This document shows positions 1 through 9,684 of a DNA stretch of 64,000 nucleotides, in pieces. The position numbers and the translations under genes were made by a program. The stretch is from Bacteriovoracaceae bacterium. Its GTDB lineage: Bacteria > Bdellovibrionota > Bacteriovoracia > Bacteriovoracales > Bacteriovoracaceae. The stretch spans positions 1,152,001 through 1,216,000 of the forward strand of contig JBLWTJ010000001.1 in assembly GCA_048270185.1 (NCBI GenBank), read 5' to 3'. Position 1 is the first letter of the stretch, and every line of letters starts with the position of its first letter. Under the pieces are notes generated by a model. That model was not told the origin of the DNA and did no database searches. It saw only the letters and a list, made by a program, of their open reading frames with translations.

Positions 1-116
1 AAGAATCACCTAACTTTCTTACATATTAAAAAAATCTCATTCCCTTAAAAATAAAAAATTGTCGAAAGTGTTACAAAAAAATATTCTAGAAATAATTTAG
101 AGATGAGGATTGATAT

Positions 117-260
117 ATGAAATGGTTTTTAGCACTAGCTATTATCTTTTGTGTGAGCGTAAGTACAACTGTACAGGCCGAGAAATTAAAGAGTATTCCT
201 GTTGAAGATCAAGGTCCTGGAAAAGGTGGAAAGAATAGTGATAAGGGTGGAAAGAAGTAA
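117..260 (+). CDS. small secreted peptide (47 aa), not in ORF track
   Basis: Manual translation MKWFLALAIIFCVSVSTTVQAEKLKSIPVEDQGPGKGGKNSDKGGKK*; GAGGA RBS at 105-109; Sec signal ending VQA. Confidence 0.7.
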   Translation: MKWFLALAIIFCVSVSTTVQAEKLKSIPVEDQGPGKGGKNSDKGGKK

Positions 261-267
261 GCAAGGC

Positions 268-732
268 TTACTTTACTGATTTCGCTTTATCTAAGATCTT
301 TTCAATATCTGCGAATTCTTTGATGACTTTCTTCATTTGAAGAAGATACTTCTTAGATTGTGGACTTTGCTTGTGGATGGCATGAATATACTTATTCATC
401 TCACCTTCTAACATTCTTGCTTCAGAAACAAAGAGAGCAATTAACTTCACCTGTGCTTCAAGCACATCAACTTCTGTATTCATCTTTGCTAGATTTAAAA
501 TTTGTGTATGAGTCGCCTCCCCAACTGTCGAGTTAGGAATTGAAGGATTGCTGATTTCATCATCACTAGATGTCTCACCTAGTTTTGAGAGATCAACATT
601 CTTAATCTGCTTTGTAATTGAAAACTCAAGAACATTGCTGCAATTTTCAGCATCGGCAGAAGCCTGCACTTCATTAACTTGTGCAGCTGACGAATTCTCG
701 ATGTTTTCGTTAATTTTCTTGGCAGTACTCAA
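268..732 (-). CDS. hypothetical protein, helical C-terminus
   Basis: 154-aa ORF, TTG start with GAGG RBS, sigma28-like promoter upstream; no recognised motif. Confidence 0.7.
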   Translation of the reverse strand: MSTAKKINENIENSSAAQVNEVQASADAENCSNVLEFSITKQIKNVDLSKLGETSSDDEISNPSIPNSTVGEATHTQILNLAKMNTEVDVLEAQVKLIALFVSEARMLEGEMNKYIHAIHKQSPQSKKYLLQMKKVIKEFADIEKILDKAKSVK

Positions 733-759
733 AATATCCTCACATAAAGTCTTATTTAA

Positions 760-787
760 TTATCGACTTAATTCTAATAAAACTTTA
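760..787 (-). promoter_or_regulatory. sigma28 (FliA)-type promoter
   Basis: Minus strand TAAAGTTT-N12-GTCGATAA, about 28 nt before the 732 start. Confidence 0.7.
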
Positions 788-1013
788 ACGTGATTTTAGT
801 TAGGCTCATAATGAAATCAGGCGTTTGTCCCAACTAAATAGAGAATATTTTCTTAGTAAATTAACTACCTTTAGAAGGTATTAAAATCACATAAGGCCAT
901 TTCGTGAACTCAATTAGTTATAAATATTGGTTAGATAATAAACTAAACAAGCCTTCTCTCAAAAATATAGTTAAAATGTAAACCGCTTTTGAAAAACCGC
1001 CTATATTCTGTGT

Positions 1014-1037
1014 TTTGACACTTTAGACACTGTCAAA
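1014..1037. promoter_or_regulatory. palindromic operator-like site
   Basis: TTTGACA-N10-TGTCAAA in the divergent intergenic region; left arm is a perfect -35 hexamer. Confidence 0.3.
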
Positions 1038-1120
1038 CTTAACTCTTGACCAAGATCTTTTCCTACAGCAGAAATTTTGCTAAATTCTTCTCTAATATTT
1101 ACATTCTTGTAAGGTACGCC

Positions 1121-1786
1121 ATGAAAAAACCAATAGCCGTCATCGATTGTTCTGTTGAATCCCCTTCATATAATTGTATGAATCAAATGATTCAAAGCTT
1201 TAATCGACCTATTACCTACCACTGGGTTTCAAAATTTGGATGCCAGTCTCTCGATAAAATCGAAGAGGCAGCAGGTTATATTATCTTTGGTTCAGATAGT
1301 AATGTTTATCAAAGACTTGACTGGCAAGTGGATCTAGCAAAACGTATGAAGGCCAAAATGGAAGCCGGAATTCCTGTTCTAGGTATTTGCTTTGGTCACC
1401 AATTAATTGCTGATATCTTTGGTTCAAAAGTTGATATGGTCACAAAGAATAACGACCTCTTTGAAGGAACAAGAAAGACCACGATCTTAGAAGATAAATT
1501 TGGTTTTCAAAAAGGTGAAGAATTCGAGTTATTCATCACTCATCATTATGAAGTCAAAGATCTACCAAAAGGTTTTGTCCACCTTTCAACTTCTAACGAC
1601 TGTTTTCTTGATGGATTGGCCCATGAGAGTTTGCCTTTCTTTAGCTTTCAAGGACACCCTGAAGCCTCAATGGACTTTGTGACTAATCATATTGATCGCA
1701 AACTAACAGATATTGAGCTCTCAGCAGGATCTGCTGGAGGCCAAAAAGTTATTAAGAATTTTATCGACTACGTTGACAGTATTTAA
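1121..1786 (+). CDS. class I glutamine amidotransferase-like protein
   Basis: GICFGHQ nucleophile elbow and QGHPE His-Glu; ATG 1121 preferred over TTG 1046. Confidence 0.9.
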   Translation: MKKPIAVIDCSVESPSYNCMNQMIQSFNRPITYHWVSKFGCQSLDKIEEAAGYIIFGSDSNVYQRLDWQVDLAKRMKAKMEAGIPVLGICFGHQLIADIFGSKVDMVTKNNDLFEGTRKTTILEDKFGFQKGEEFELFITHHYEVKDLPKGFVHLSTSNDCFLDGLAHESLPFFSFQGHPEASMDFVTNHIDRKLTDIELSAGSAGGQKVIKNFIDYVDSI

Positions 1787-1789
1787 AGA

Positions 1790-2641
1790 CTAGAAAATAA
1801 GACTCTTGATAAGTTCCCTTAAATAATCAAAGTAAGGCTTACGATACTTTTCAATCTCTTTGTAGATTTCATGACGTGAGCCTTCGATAACCTTAACAGT
1901 AAAACTTGTATCAACTTCACTCAAGTAGCGCTCAATCTCTGGAACAGAAACAAGTGTATCAGCACTTCCATAGGAGATATACTTTTCAATATCATTATTA
2001 ATTGGACGAGAGAAGACTTTCTTAGCGCAAGAGACCATTTCAAGTAGTAATTTTGTATGAAGCTTCATGTGATTTAATGGATCATTCTGATACTCTTCGA
2101 TCTCGACACTACTATGAGAGAGTGTATTTACATCAACAAGCCCGCCAATTGGTACAGACATTTTAATACTAGCTAGTTTTTTAAAGATTGCACCTTTCAC
2201 TTTATTCACGACGGCCGCTAGTGGACCACCAACTCCTACTGGTGGAGCATTAACAATCATGGCACGAGGTGCGAAGTCACTCTTTACATAATTTTGAGTA
2301 AAGCCACATGTGATGAGTCCACCCATCGAGTGGCCATAGAGAATGTAATTCTCAACCTTATAATTTTCTCTTAAGTACTTGAGACAATCTTCGAGGTCCT
2401 CCATGAATTGATCAAATGGATCAATATAGGCTTTCTCTCCTCCTGATCGGCCATGCCCTCTTAGATCGTATTGAAAGACATTGATATCAAAACCAAAGAT
2501 TTCTTGCAGGTATTTATGTCGACCTAAATGCTCACCTATTCCATGAGTTCCGATGATCCAGTACTTTGCACCATGTTCGACGACTTCAGTGTATAGCTTA
2601 ACTCCGTCACGCATTGGAATGGCACGTTTAATTGACTCCAT
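1790..2641 (-). CDS. alpha/beta hydrolase, lysophospholipase/monoglyceride lipase-like
   Basis: HGIGEH, DLRGHGRS, GHSMGG, C-terminal HE. Confidence 0.9.
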   Translation of the reverse strand: MESIKRAIPMRDGVKLYTEVVEHGAKYWIIGTHGIGEHLGRHKYLQEIFGFDINVFQYDLRGHGRSGGEKAYIDPFDQFMEDLEDCLKYLRENYKVENYILYGHSMGGLITCGFTQNYVKSDFAPRAMIVNAPPVGVGGPLAAVVNKVKGAIFKKLASIKMSVPIGGLVDVNTLSHSSVEIEEYQNDPLNHMKLHTKLLLEMVSCAKKVFSRPINNDIEKYISYGSADTLVSVPEIERYLSEVDTSFTVKVIEGSRHEIYKEIEKYRKPYFDYLRELIKSLIF

Positions 2642-2703
2642 AATTTACCCTTTAAAAATATTTATTTAGCTCTTATAATTATACTTAAAATTAAGGAAAA
2701 GTA

Positions 2704-3072
2704 ATGTTTTGTCCAAAATGCTTAAATAATAGTGTACATGTAAAAGAAAAAGGCGTCATTCAGATCTTAGTGAATGGCCGTCAAAAAGATACAGGCCGTT
2801 TTCTCTATAACCTAGAGGACAAACAAAATATCACTCAACAAATCTCTGAGAAAATTCTTGAGCACTTCAAATGGATGGCCTCTTTTCAAAACCCTAAACC
2901 AGTCGAGCATCTTAATGTCATTACTCCAGATGCTGTTTGTGACAACGGCTGCGCTCTTCCTCTGGCCCAAAAATTCTCGGTTGTTGATTACTTAATTTCA
3001 ACAAAAGACCTCAAGTCCATGGCCGTTGTTCACGCTAAGGAGTGTGAGCTTGAGCTCGACTTAGAATTCTAA
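2704..3072 (+). CDS. hypothetical protein, possible Zn-binding
   Basis: N-terminal CPKC and later CDNGC; AAGGA RBS. Confidence 0.7.
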   Translation: MFCPKCLNNSVHVKEKGVIQILVNGRQKDTGRFLYNLEDKQNITQQISEKILEHFKWMASFQNPKPVEHLNVITPDAVCDNGCALPLAQKFSVVDYLISTKDLKSMAVVHAKECELELDLEF

Positions 3073-3858
3073 GTTTAAGAAGTAGCCACCATGCTTTCTC
3101 ATATTTACAACACCTGTATCTAAGATAAGATATTGTCCTTTAATTCCCATTAGAGTTCCTTCGATAATAGGATTCTTATCAAAGCCTAATGATTTAACTT
3201 TAGTAGGATATTCAATAACTGGATATTTAATTTCTGTGATCTCTTCTTCAATATCATCAAGCCCAAAGCTATCAATTATATCTGCATAGTCATCATAGAT
3301 TTGATCACGAAGCATCTCAAGATCTTCATCTGCAACTTCATTCATAAGCATCTTTCGCCAATTCGTTTTATCTGAAAAACTCTTTGCAATTTCAACTTCG
3401 ATTTCACCAGAAGTCTTACGATCGGGAACTTCTAAAATAGGAAGAGCATAACTTGCTCCTTGATCAATCCATCGAGTTGGGACTTGAGTGTGGCGTGTAA
3501 TCCCAATTTTTACGTGACTTGATACGGCCAGATAAACAAAGTGAGGAATCATACAATTCTCTTCACCCCACTCTGGTTCACGACATGTCCCTTTATGAAA
3601 ATGACAAAGCTCAGGCTTCACTATACAAGTATCACATTGAGCAAGTGTAATCATTTCCTTATACGAATAACCCTGAGAATAAGATTTCTTAATTAACTCA
3701 CCTGAATAGACTGAGTTAATCTGACCATCAAATGAAAGCTTTATCTTCTTTTCAATTAACTCATTCATATCGACAAGAGTTTCTCCCATCGGAAGTTGGT
3801 AATGGGCAAGCCCATCAACAAGAGAAGTCTTCATCTTTTTAATATTTCCACTAATCAT
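3061..3858 (-). CDS. DUF2797 family protein
   Basis: CDTCIVKPELCHFHKGTCREPEWGEENCMIPHFVYLA, KIGITR, RWIDQGA, DKTNWRKML, GIKGQYL. Confidence 0.85.
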   Translation of the reverse strand: MISGNIKKMKTSLVDGLAHYQLPMGETLVDMNELIEKKIKLSFDGQINSVYSGELIKKSYSQGYSYKEMITLAQCDTCIVKPELCHFHKGTCREPEWGEENCMIPHFVYLAVSSHVKIGITRHTQVPTRWIDQGASYALPILEVPDRKTSGEIEVEIAKSFSDKTNWRKMLMNEVADEDLEMLRDQIYDDYADIIDSFGLDDIEEEITEIKYPVIEYPTKVKSLGFDKNPIIEGTLMGIKGQYLILDTGVVNMRKHGGYFLNLEF

Positions 3859-3861
3859 TTT

Positions 3862-4539
3862 CTACTTCTCCAGAAATTTTTGTAATTTTTGAATAATAGG
3901 CATTGGAATCTCATGCCCTCCTTGAAATGAATGAAATTCATACTCATCAACTTTCTCAAGATATGTTTTTAACTTCTCACATAGGAAGAATGGAAGAACA
4001 GGATCTCCTACGCCATGGGATTGAAAAATTGGAATATGGCGAATACTTTTAAAGTGATTTGCAATATAGTCTTCATCAAAGAGCGTTGATGAAAGTAAGA
4101 ATAATCTCTCGACTAGTTCCGGCTCTTCAAGGGCCATTGATAAACTCATCATCGAACCTTGGGAAAAACCTCCCAAGTAAATATTAGATGAATTCTTTTT
4201 TATTTCCTTAACTAAATGGATAAGACGAGTTGTCATATCTTCAATTCCATCTGGTTTAGAGTGAGTGAAGAAATCTTCAATACGACCTTCTAGTTGTGCC
4301 TGTTGTAATCCCATCATATCAATTGGAAACCATGCACTTCCTCTCATCCCCATACCAATATCAACTTTTAAAGGGCCATCCACGAAGTACCAATTATACT
4401 CGTCTTTAGGATCAAGATATTGATACAGAGGAGCTAAGTCTTGAAAACTTGCGCCATATCCATGAAGAACAACGACTGACTTATCAGTGCTTCCCTCTTG
4501 GAAAAGAATATCAAAATCATTTATTCGCGTAACTCTCAT
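3862..4539 (-). CDS. phospholipase/carboxylesterase (Abhydrolase_2)
   Basis: LHGYG, AWFPID, GGFSQG, HGVGDPVLP, GGHEI. Confidence 0.9.
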   Translation of the reverse strand: MRVTRINDFDILFQEGSTDKSVVVLHGYGASFQDLAPLYQYLDPKDEYNWYFVDGPLKVDIGMGMRGSAWFPIDMMGLQQAQLEGRIEDFFTHSKPDGIEDMTTRLIHLVKEIKKNSSNIYLGGFSQGSMMSLSMALEEPELVERLFLLSSTLFDEDYIANHFKSIRHIPIFQSHGVGDPVLPFFLCEKLKTYLEKVDEYEFHSFQGGHEIPMPIIQKLQKFLEK

Positions 4540-5186
4540 TTCTTCGTCTCAACTTTTGTTTTTCGATTAGGGTAAACATGGCGACAGATTGGACACTCTA
4601 AACCAAAGCATGATCTAGCTTTACAATACTCACGGCCATAAAAAATAATTTGTAAGTGTAGCTTATTCCAAAGTTCTCTAGGAAAGAGCTTCTTGCAATC
4701 CGCTTCCGTTTGTTCAACATTCTTTCCTTTCGTCAGGCCCCATCTCTGAGCAAGACGATGAATATGAGTATCAACAGGAAATGCTGGAACATCAAAGGCC
4801 TGGGCCATAACTACTGATGCAGTCTTATGGCCTACACCAGGTAGCTCCTCTAATTCTTCAAAACTTGCTGGCACTTCGCCGCCGTGCTTATTAACTAGGA
4901 TACGGCTTAAGTCATAAATGGCCTTAGACTTTCTTGGTGATAGTCCACAAGGCTTTATGATCTCTTTTATTTCTTCTTGAGAAAGTTTCATCATATCCGC
5001 TGCATTATCAGCAAGCTTAAACAGTGCCGGCGTCACTTGGTTAACACGTTCATCTGTACACTGGGCCGATAATAAAACCGCAATTAAAAGGGTAAATTCA
5101 TTAGTATGATCAAGAGGCACAGGAGTCTCTGGATAAAGATCCTCTAAGGCCTCGACAATATAGTCAGCTCTTTCTTGTTTTAACAT
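4536..5186 (-). CDS. nth: endonuclease III
   Basis: LLSAQCTD, HhH LPGVGHKTA, VDTHIHR, C-terminal 4Fe-4S Cys cluster. Confidence 0.97.
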   Translation of the reverse strand: MLKQERADYIVEALEDLYPETPVPLDHTNEFTLLIAVLLSAQCTDERVNQVTPALFKLADNAADMMKLSQEEIKEIIKPCGLSPRKSKAIYDLSRILVNKHGGEVPASFEELEELPGVGHKTASVVMAQAFDVPAFPVDTHIHRLAQRWGLTKGKNVEQTEADCKKLFPRELWNKLHLQIIFYGREYCKARSCFGLECPICRHVYPNRKTKVETKK

Positions 5187-5272
5187 TCTATTCCTAATTC
5201 AATATTCATTTGTATTTATTTGAACCACAAAAATTTAGCAAATTATCCATGAAAATGCTAAAATAACGCATA

Positions 5273-5500
5273 ATGAGATTTATATTCATCAAATTAATTC
5301 GCTTCTATCAACTGGCAATTTCTCCATTTCTCGGCAGTAATTGTCGCTATACGCCAACATGCTCACAATATGGCATCGAAGCATTTAAAACCTTACCGCT
5401 ACACATCGCAATATGGAAGACCATAACGAGAATCCTGCGTTGTCATCCATGGGCCAAGGGCGGATATGATCCCGTGACCAAAAAGGACTGTTGTAAATGA
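5273..5500 (+). CDS. yidD: membrane protein insertion efficiency factor
   Basis: [33 protein letters not shown]. Confidence 0.95.
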   Translation: MRFIFIKLIRFYQLAISPFLGSNCRYTPTCSQYGIEAFKTLPLHIAIWKTITRILRCHPWAKGGYDPVTKKDCCK

Positions 5501-6849
5501 GATTCATTACCCTACTTTTATTATTTGCAGGATTTAACACACTTGCCCAAACAAATATTGAAAACCTAAAAAAGAAATTCCTATCTAGTGGCGACACTCT
5601 TAGCTACTACTTAAAAGATCAACAAGGAAATATAAGAGCATATAATCCGGATGAGGCCCTCATTCCGGCTTCTGTCTTTAAGATTTACTCGGCTTACTAT
5701 ATTCTTAAGAAATTAGGAACTGACTTTCGCTTTAAAACAAGCCTTGCCTATAACGGTAGTATCAAAAATGGAAAGCTCATTGGAGACTTAGTTCTTGAGA
5801 CAAGCGGCGATCCTTATCTTTTAACGGCCCAGGCCCTCGACCTTGTGGAATCTCTCAGAGAGTTTGGGATCAAAGAAGTAACAGGCAACCTTATCATTGT
5901 TAATGACTTTGTCGATATCGTTCGTATAGGTAATGTAGGACTTGAAGATCAACCCTACAATCAATCAATTTCAGGGTTTAACTTAAATTTTAATCGCTTT
6001 AAATCTGTCGGCCGTACAAATCGAGAAATCTTTCCAATCCATGATGGACTTAAAACTCAAGAGAGCAAATCTTCACTGGGCCCAGGCCTAGTATTCAAGA
6101 ATAACCCAAATTCAACAATTGAAGATTGGACATACGCAAAGAAATCTCAAGACTATTATCTTGAAGTACCTCTAAGAAACTCTCTCGTCTTTAATGCAAA
6201 TTATTTTAGAAATTTTCTAAATGGATACGGAGTCAGTACAAGTGGAATTGTATTCAAAAATAAAGCACAAAGAACGAAGTTAATTAATTCAGTCTACTCG
6301 CCAAACTCACTTGATCTTGTAAAGCTTGCACTTGAATATTCAAATAATCTCTTTATTGAAACTCTTGTTTTAAAAGCTTCTGGACGAAAGAGCTTAAAAG
6401 AAGCTGCAGCATTTATGGCCAAGGATTTAAAGATTAAATATAGTGGAGAACTAGAAAACTCATCAGGCCTTAGTGTAGAATTAAAACTTAAAGCAAAGGA
6501 TATCGTTGAGTTTATCGAAACGCACGCATATAAGAAATTTGCTCACCACTACTTCATTAATCTTTTTTCAATAACTGGACATAGCGGGTCTTTATACAAG
6601 AAGTATTTAACAAAACAAGGTTTTGAAAAATATCGCTACAAAACGGGAAGTGTGGACTTCGTTTACAATATCTGTGGACGAAGCTTTGAGAAGAATCAAA
6701 AAACTTTCTGTGTGATGATTAATAATCCAAAAAAGAGAAAGCTTCTAATGGGTAAAAACTCTGTTAAAAATGAAAAACTAAGGCAAGATGCTAAGGCTTG
6801 GCGCCGTAGTATGGAACGTTTTAGTGAACTTCTTTTACAAGAACTCTAG
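5497..6849 (+). CDS. dacB: D-Ala-D-Ala carboxypeptidase/endopeptidase (PBP4, peptidase S13)
   Basis: Signal peptide; SxxK (PASVFK), GDP, SxN (SNN), SGLS, KTG. Confidence 0.9.
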   Translation: MRFITLLLLFAGFNTLAQTNIENLKKKFLSSGDTLSYYLKDQQGNIRAYNPDEALIPASVFKIYSAYYILKKLGTDFRFKTSLAYNGSIKNGKLIGDLVLETSGDPYLLTAQALDLVESLREFGIKEVTGNLIIVNDFVDIVRIGNVGLEDQPYNQSISGFNLNFNRFKSVGRTNREIFPIHDGLKTQESKSSLGPGLVFKNNPNSTIEDWTYAKKSQDYYLEVPLRNSLVFNANYFRNFLNGYGVSTSGIVFKNKAQRTKLINSVYSPNSLDLVKLALEYSNNLFIETLVLKASGRKSLKEAAAFMAKDLKIKYSGELENSSGLSVELKLKAKDIVEFIETHAYKKFAHHYFINLFSITGHSGSLYKKYLTKQGFEKYRYKTGSVDFVYNICGRSFEKNQKTFCVMINNPKKRKLLMGKNSVKNEKLRQDAKAWRRSMERFSELLLQEL

Positions 6850-7569
6850 AATTGATTGAAACTTTTTATTTGCTTTTATCAAAGGAAATAACTCTTCAAC
6901 TTGTTTAATCGTTATAGGACTATTCTTACGAGAGAGAACTCTAAACTCATGCGTTTGATCTTTCTTGTCAGAGACAATTATTTCATTCTTAAGCGCTGGC
7001 CTTTCTTTTATCATCAACTTTAAAAAAGTATCATTAACAATTGTAAGATCCGCTTTGCCACGAATAACATTTTCAATATTACCTTTTTGTGACGTTGTAT
7101 AAATTAAGTTCTTATCTTTAACATCAAATGACTTTTGGTTGAGAAAACCATAATGAAATCCACTTTTTAATAGAATTGTCTTATCTTTTAAATTTTCAAA
7201 AATACTATTTTTATCGCGTCCCTTCTTTGCAATATATAAGTCATAACCGATCGCAAATACTCTCGATACAGTATAGTCAATTTTGCGATAATCCCAACCC
7301 CAAACAGGATTTTCAAAAAAGATAATGTCATAAACACCATTCTTTAAATCTCTATACCTTCTTCGTGGAGAAGTCTCAACTAGCTTAAAATAAAAGTCAC
7401 TTTGATTCGCATTTAAGAACTCCACCAGATCAACTGTGATTCCTTTTGATATGCCATTCAAATTATTATAAAAAGGCGGAATTCGATACGCTCCAACATT
7501 CACTGTAACCTTTGCCAAAGCAGGAAGAGTGGTAAGTAAAAATAACAAAAGTAATACTTTATTCATCAT
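6835..7569 (-). CDS. periplasmic substrate-binding protein (family 3-like)
   Basis: Signal peptide, PPFY, GITVDL; overlaps the kinase stop. Confidence 0.8.
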   Translation of the reverse strand: MMNKVLLLLFLLTTLPALAKVTVNVGAYRIPPFYNNLNGISKGITVDLVEFLNANQSDFYFKLVETSPRRRYRDLKNGVYDIIFFENPVWGWDYRKIDYTVSRVFAIGYDLYIAKKGRDKNSIFENLKDKTILLKSGFHYGFLNQKSFDVKDKNLIYTTSQKGNIENVIRGKADLTIVNDTFLKLMIKERPALKNEIIVSDKKDQTHEFRVLSRKNSPITIKQVEELFPLIKANKKFQSILEFL

Positions 7570-9019
7570 TACTACTTTCTCTATTATCTAATGGAAAATG
7601 AATGGAAAATTTAGTTTGCTTAGAAGATTCATCGTAAATAATCTCTCCACCATTTTTCTTTACCATTTGGTGAGTTAAACTAAGTCCCAGTCCAGTTCCC
7701 TTATTAACGTCTTTTGTCGTAAAGAATGGGTCCATCATTCTTTCTGCTACTTCCTTTGAAATTCCATTCCCACTATCGATAACATCAATGATTTGCTTAT
7801 TATCTTTATTGTAAAAATAGATTTTAATATAGCGAACCTTTAATTTTTCGACTGCATCAATTGAGTTATTAACTAGATTTACAATAATTTGATAAAGCTG
7901 TGTTCTATTAACAAAAATTGAATAACCCTCTTCATAATAAAATGACAAAGTAATGTCCTTTTCAGTAAGTCGTCCATCACAAATTGTACGAATAATACTC
8001 TCAAGCTCCTTAATATCGACAAATATTTTTTCATCAATCAAATCGGTTCTTGATAAGGCCTTCATACTACGAATAATTTCACTAATACGTAGGGTTGCAT
8101 TATCTAACTTATCAATTAAATCTATAACCTTTCCCGAAGGCTTAACCAATTCCCTTCTCAAGCGTTTTAAATTTCCTGAAATAATAAAAAGTGGATTATT
8201 AATTTCATGAGCGATTCCAGCTGCCACTTGCCCTAAACTGGCAAGTCTCTCTGAAACTAACCCCCTCTCTTTCTGTATATAAAGCTCTTTAGACTTTTGA
8301 GCGATCCTCTCTCCTAACTTGTCATTATATTGTTTAAGCTTTTCATCTCTTAATTTAACTTCATTGGTTGCATAATTAAGGGTACTGGCAAAAATTGATA
8401 ATTCCGTTAAATAGAACTGCTCATTAATAATTGTATACTTTCCTTTTGCATTTGATTTTATAACTGAAAGAAAGTGATTTAGTGGTTTAATTAAAATGTA
8501 GTAGCAAACCAGTGAGACGATAAATAAAGTAAAGAGAAGCGTTAAACTAAACCATAAACCAAGAAAAGAGAAAGTCTTATTGATGTCTTCAACGAGTGGA
8601 CTATTAGTAAATGTAACTTTAATTAATCCAATCAACCTTCCCCTATACTCAACAGGGTAACTTTCAGTCACTTCTTTTGCTCTGAATACACCTCTTTTAT
8701 CTGATGTATCACGTTTGACGAAAGAGAGTTGATGTCCTTCTTCATCTTCAATTGAAATTGCAACAATCGACTCTGCAGAGTCTGTTAAGAAAGCATTTGA
8801 TATATTCTCAATATATTGAGTCTCTAAATTCCAAATAGGAACTTTTAAGGATTCTACAATTTGCGTGGAAACTGAAATACGATGTTTTCGATAATTAACA
8901 TCATTTTGATTTACATACTTATTAAATACAATGAATGCGAGCCCAGAGAAACATAGGCATAAAACAACACCAACAATCATTGGAATGAAATATGTAGTTC
9001 GATTCAAGGACGTCTTCAT
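7559..9019 (-). CDS. membrane sensor histidine kinase (NtrB-like)
   Basis: Two TM helices; H-box AHEINNPL, N-box NLVNNS, DSGNGI, FFTTK, GTGLGL. Confidence 0.95.
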   Translation of the reverse strand: MKTSLNRTTYFIPMIVGVVLCLCFSGLAFIVFNKYVNQNDVNYRKHRISVSTQIVESLKVPIWNLETQYIENISNAFLTDSAESIVAISIEDEEGHQLSFVKRDTSDKRGVFRAKEVTESYPVEYRGRLIGLIKVTFTNSPLVEDINKTFSFLGLWFSLTLLFTLFIVSLVCYYILIKPLNHFLSVIKSNAKGKYTIINEQFYLTELSIFASTLNYATNEVKLRDEKLKQYNDKLGERIAQKSKELYIQKERGLVSERLASLGQVAAGIAHEINNPLFIISGNLKRLRRELVKPSGKVIDLIDKLDNATLRISEIIRSMKALSRTDLIDEKIFVDIKELESIIRTICDGRLTEKDITLSFYYEEGYSIFVNRTQLYQIIVNLVNNSIDAVEKLKVRYIKIYFYNKDNKQIIDVIDSGNGISKEVAERMMDPFFTTKDVNKGTGLGLSLTHQMVKKNGGEIIYDESSKQTKFSIHFPLDNRESSNDE

Positions 9020-9079
9020 TTAGAATAAATTTACTAAGTTATTCTTAAACTTACAACATCTAAAGCAAATAAAATTTAA

Positions 9080-9673
9080 TTAAAACACTGTCGAAATCAT
9101 CCATACAGCAACAGCAAATAGTAGAAAACTAAAGAAGTATTGAGCTTTCTTTCCACCTAGAACATGGGCAAGACGATTTCCCATAAAGAACCACATTAAG
9201 TGAGCACTGGCCCCACCAAGAAAGAGCACAATTGAGTATACGTAGAGAAAAAGTCTTCCTTCTTTTAAAAATGGAGAATAAATCGAAACAGTAAAGACTA
9301 GAAACTTTGGATTTAATGCCTGGAAGATTACACCTTCAAGAAAACCTGGTCCTTTTTCTCCTTCCTCATTACTTTCAACTTTAACTTTCTTTGTACTTCG
9401 AAAGCTCATATAGGCCATATAAAGAAGATATGCCCCACCAAAAATTGGAAGATAGTGCATCACTCTTTCATATTTAAAAAGAAAGTCAGTCATTCCATAA
9501 ACACAAAGAAGTAATCCGGAAATTGTAGAGAACCAAAGTCCTAATAAGAATGGAAGAGTCTGCTTGAAATTATAATTCCCCCCCAGTCCTGCAAGAGTCA
9601 CATTGGCCGGCCCTGGTGAGTAAACAAGTGGAGCGACAATTAAAAAGAAGCTCGTAAGAATTTTATGTAACAT
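9080..9673 (-). CDS. LysE/RhtB family transporter
   Basis: SPGPAN, GGAYLLY, LNPK; hydrophobic. Confidence 0.9.
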   Translation of the reverse strand: MLHKILTSFFLIVAPLVYSPGPANVTLAGLGGNYNFKQTLPFLLGLWFSTISGLLLCVYGMTDFLFKYERVMHYLPIFGGAYLLYMAYMSFRSTKKVKVESNEEGEKGPGFLEGVIFQALNPKFLVFTVSIYSPFLKEGRLFLYVYSIVLFLGGASAHLMWFFMGNRLAHVLGGKKAQYFFSFLLFAVAVWMISTVF

Positions 9674-9684
9674 ATCTATTCCGA

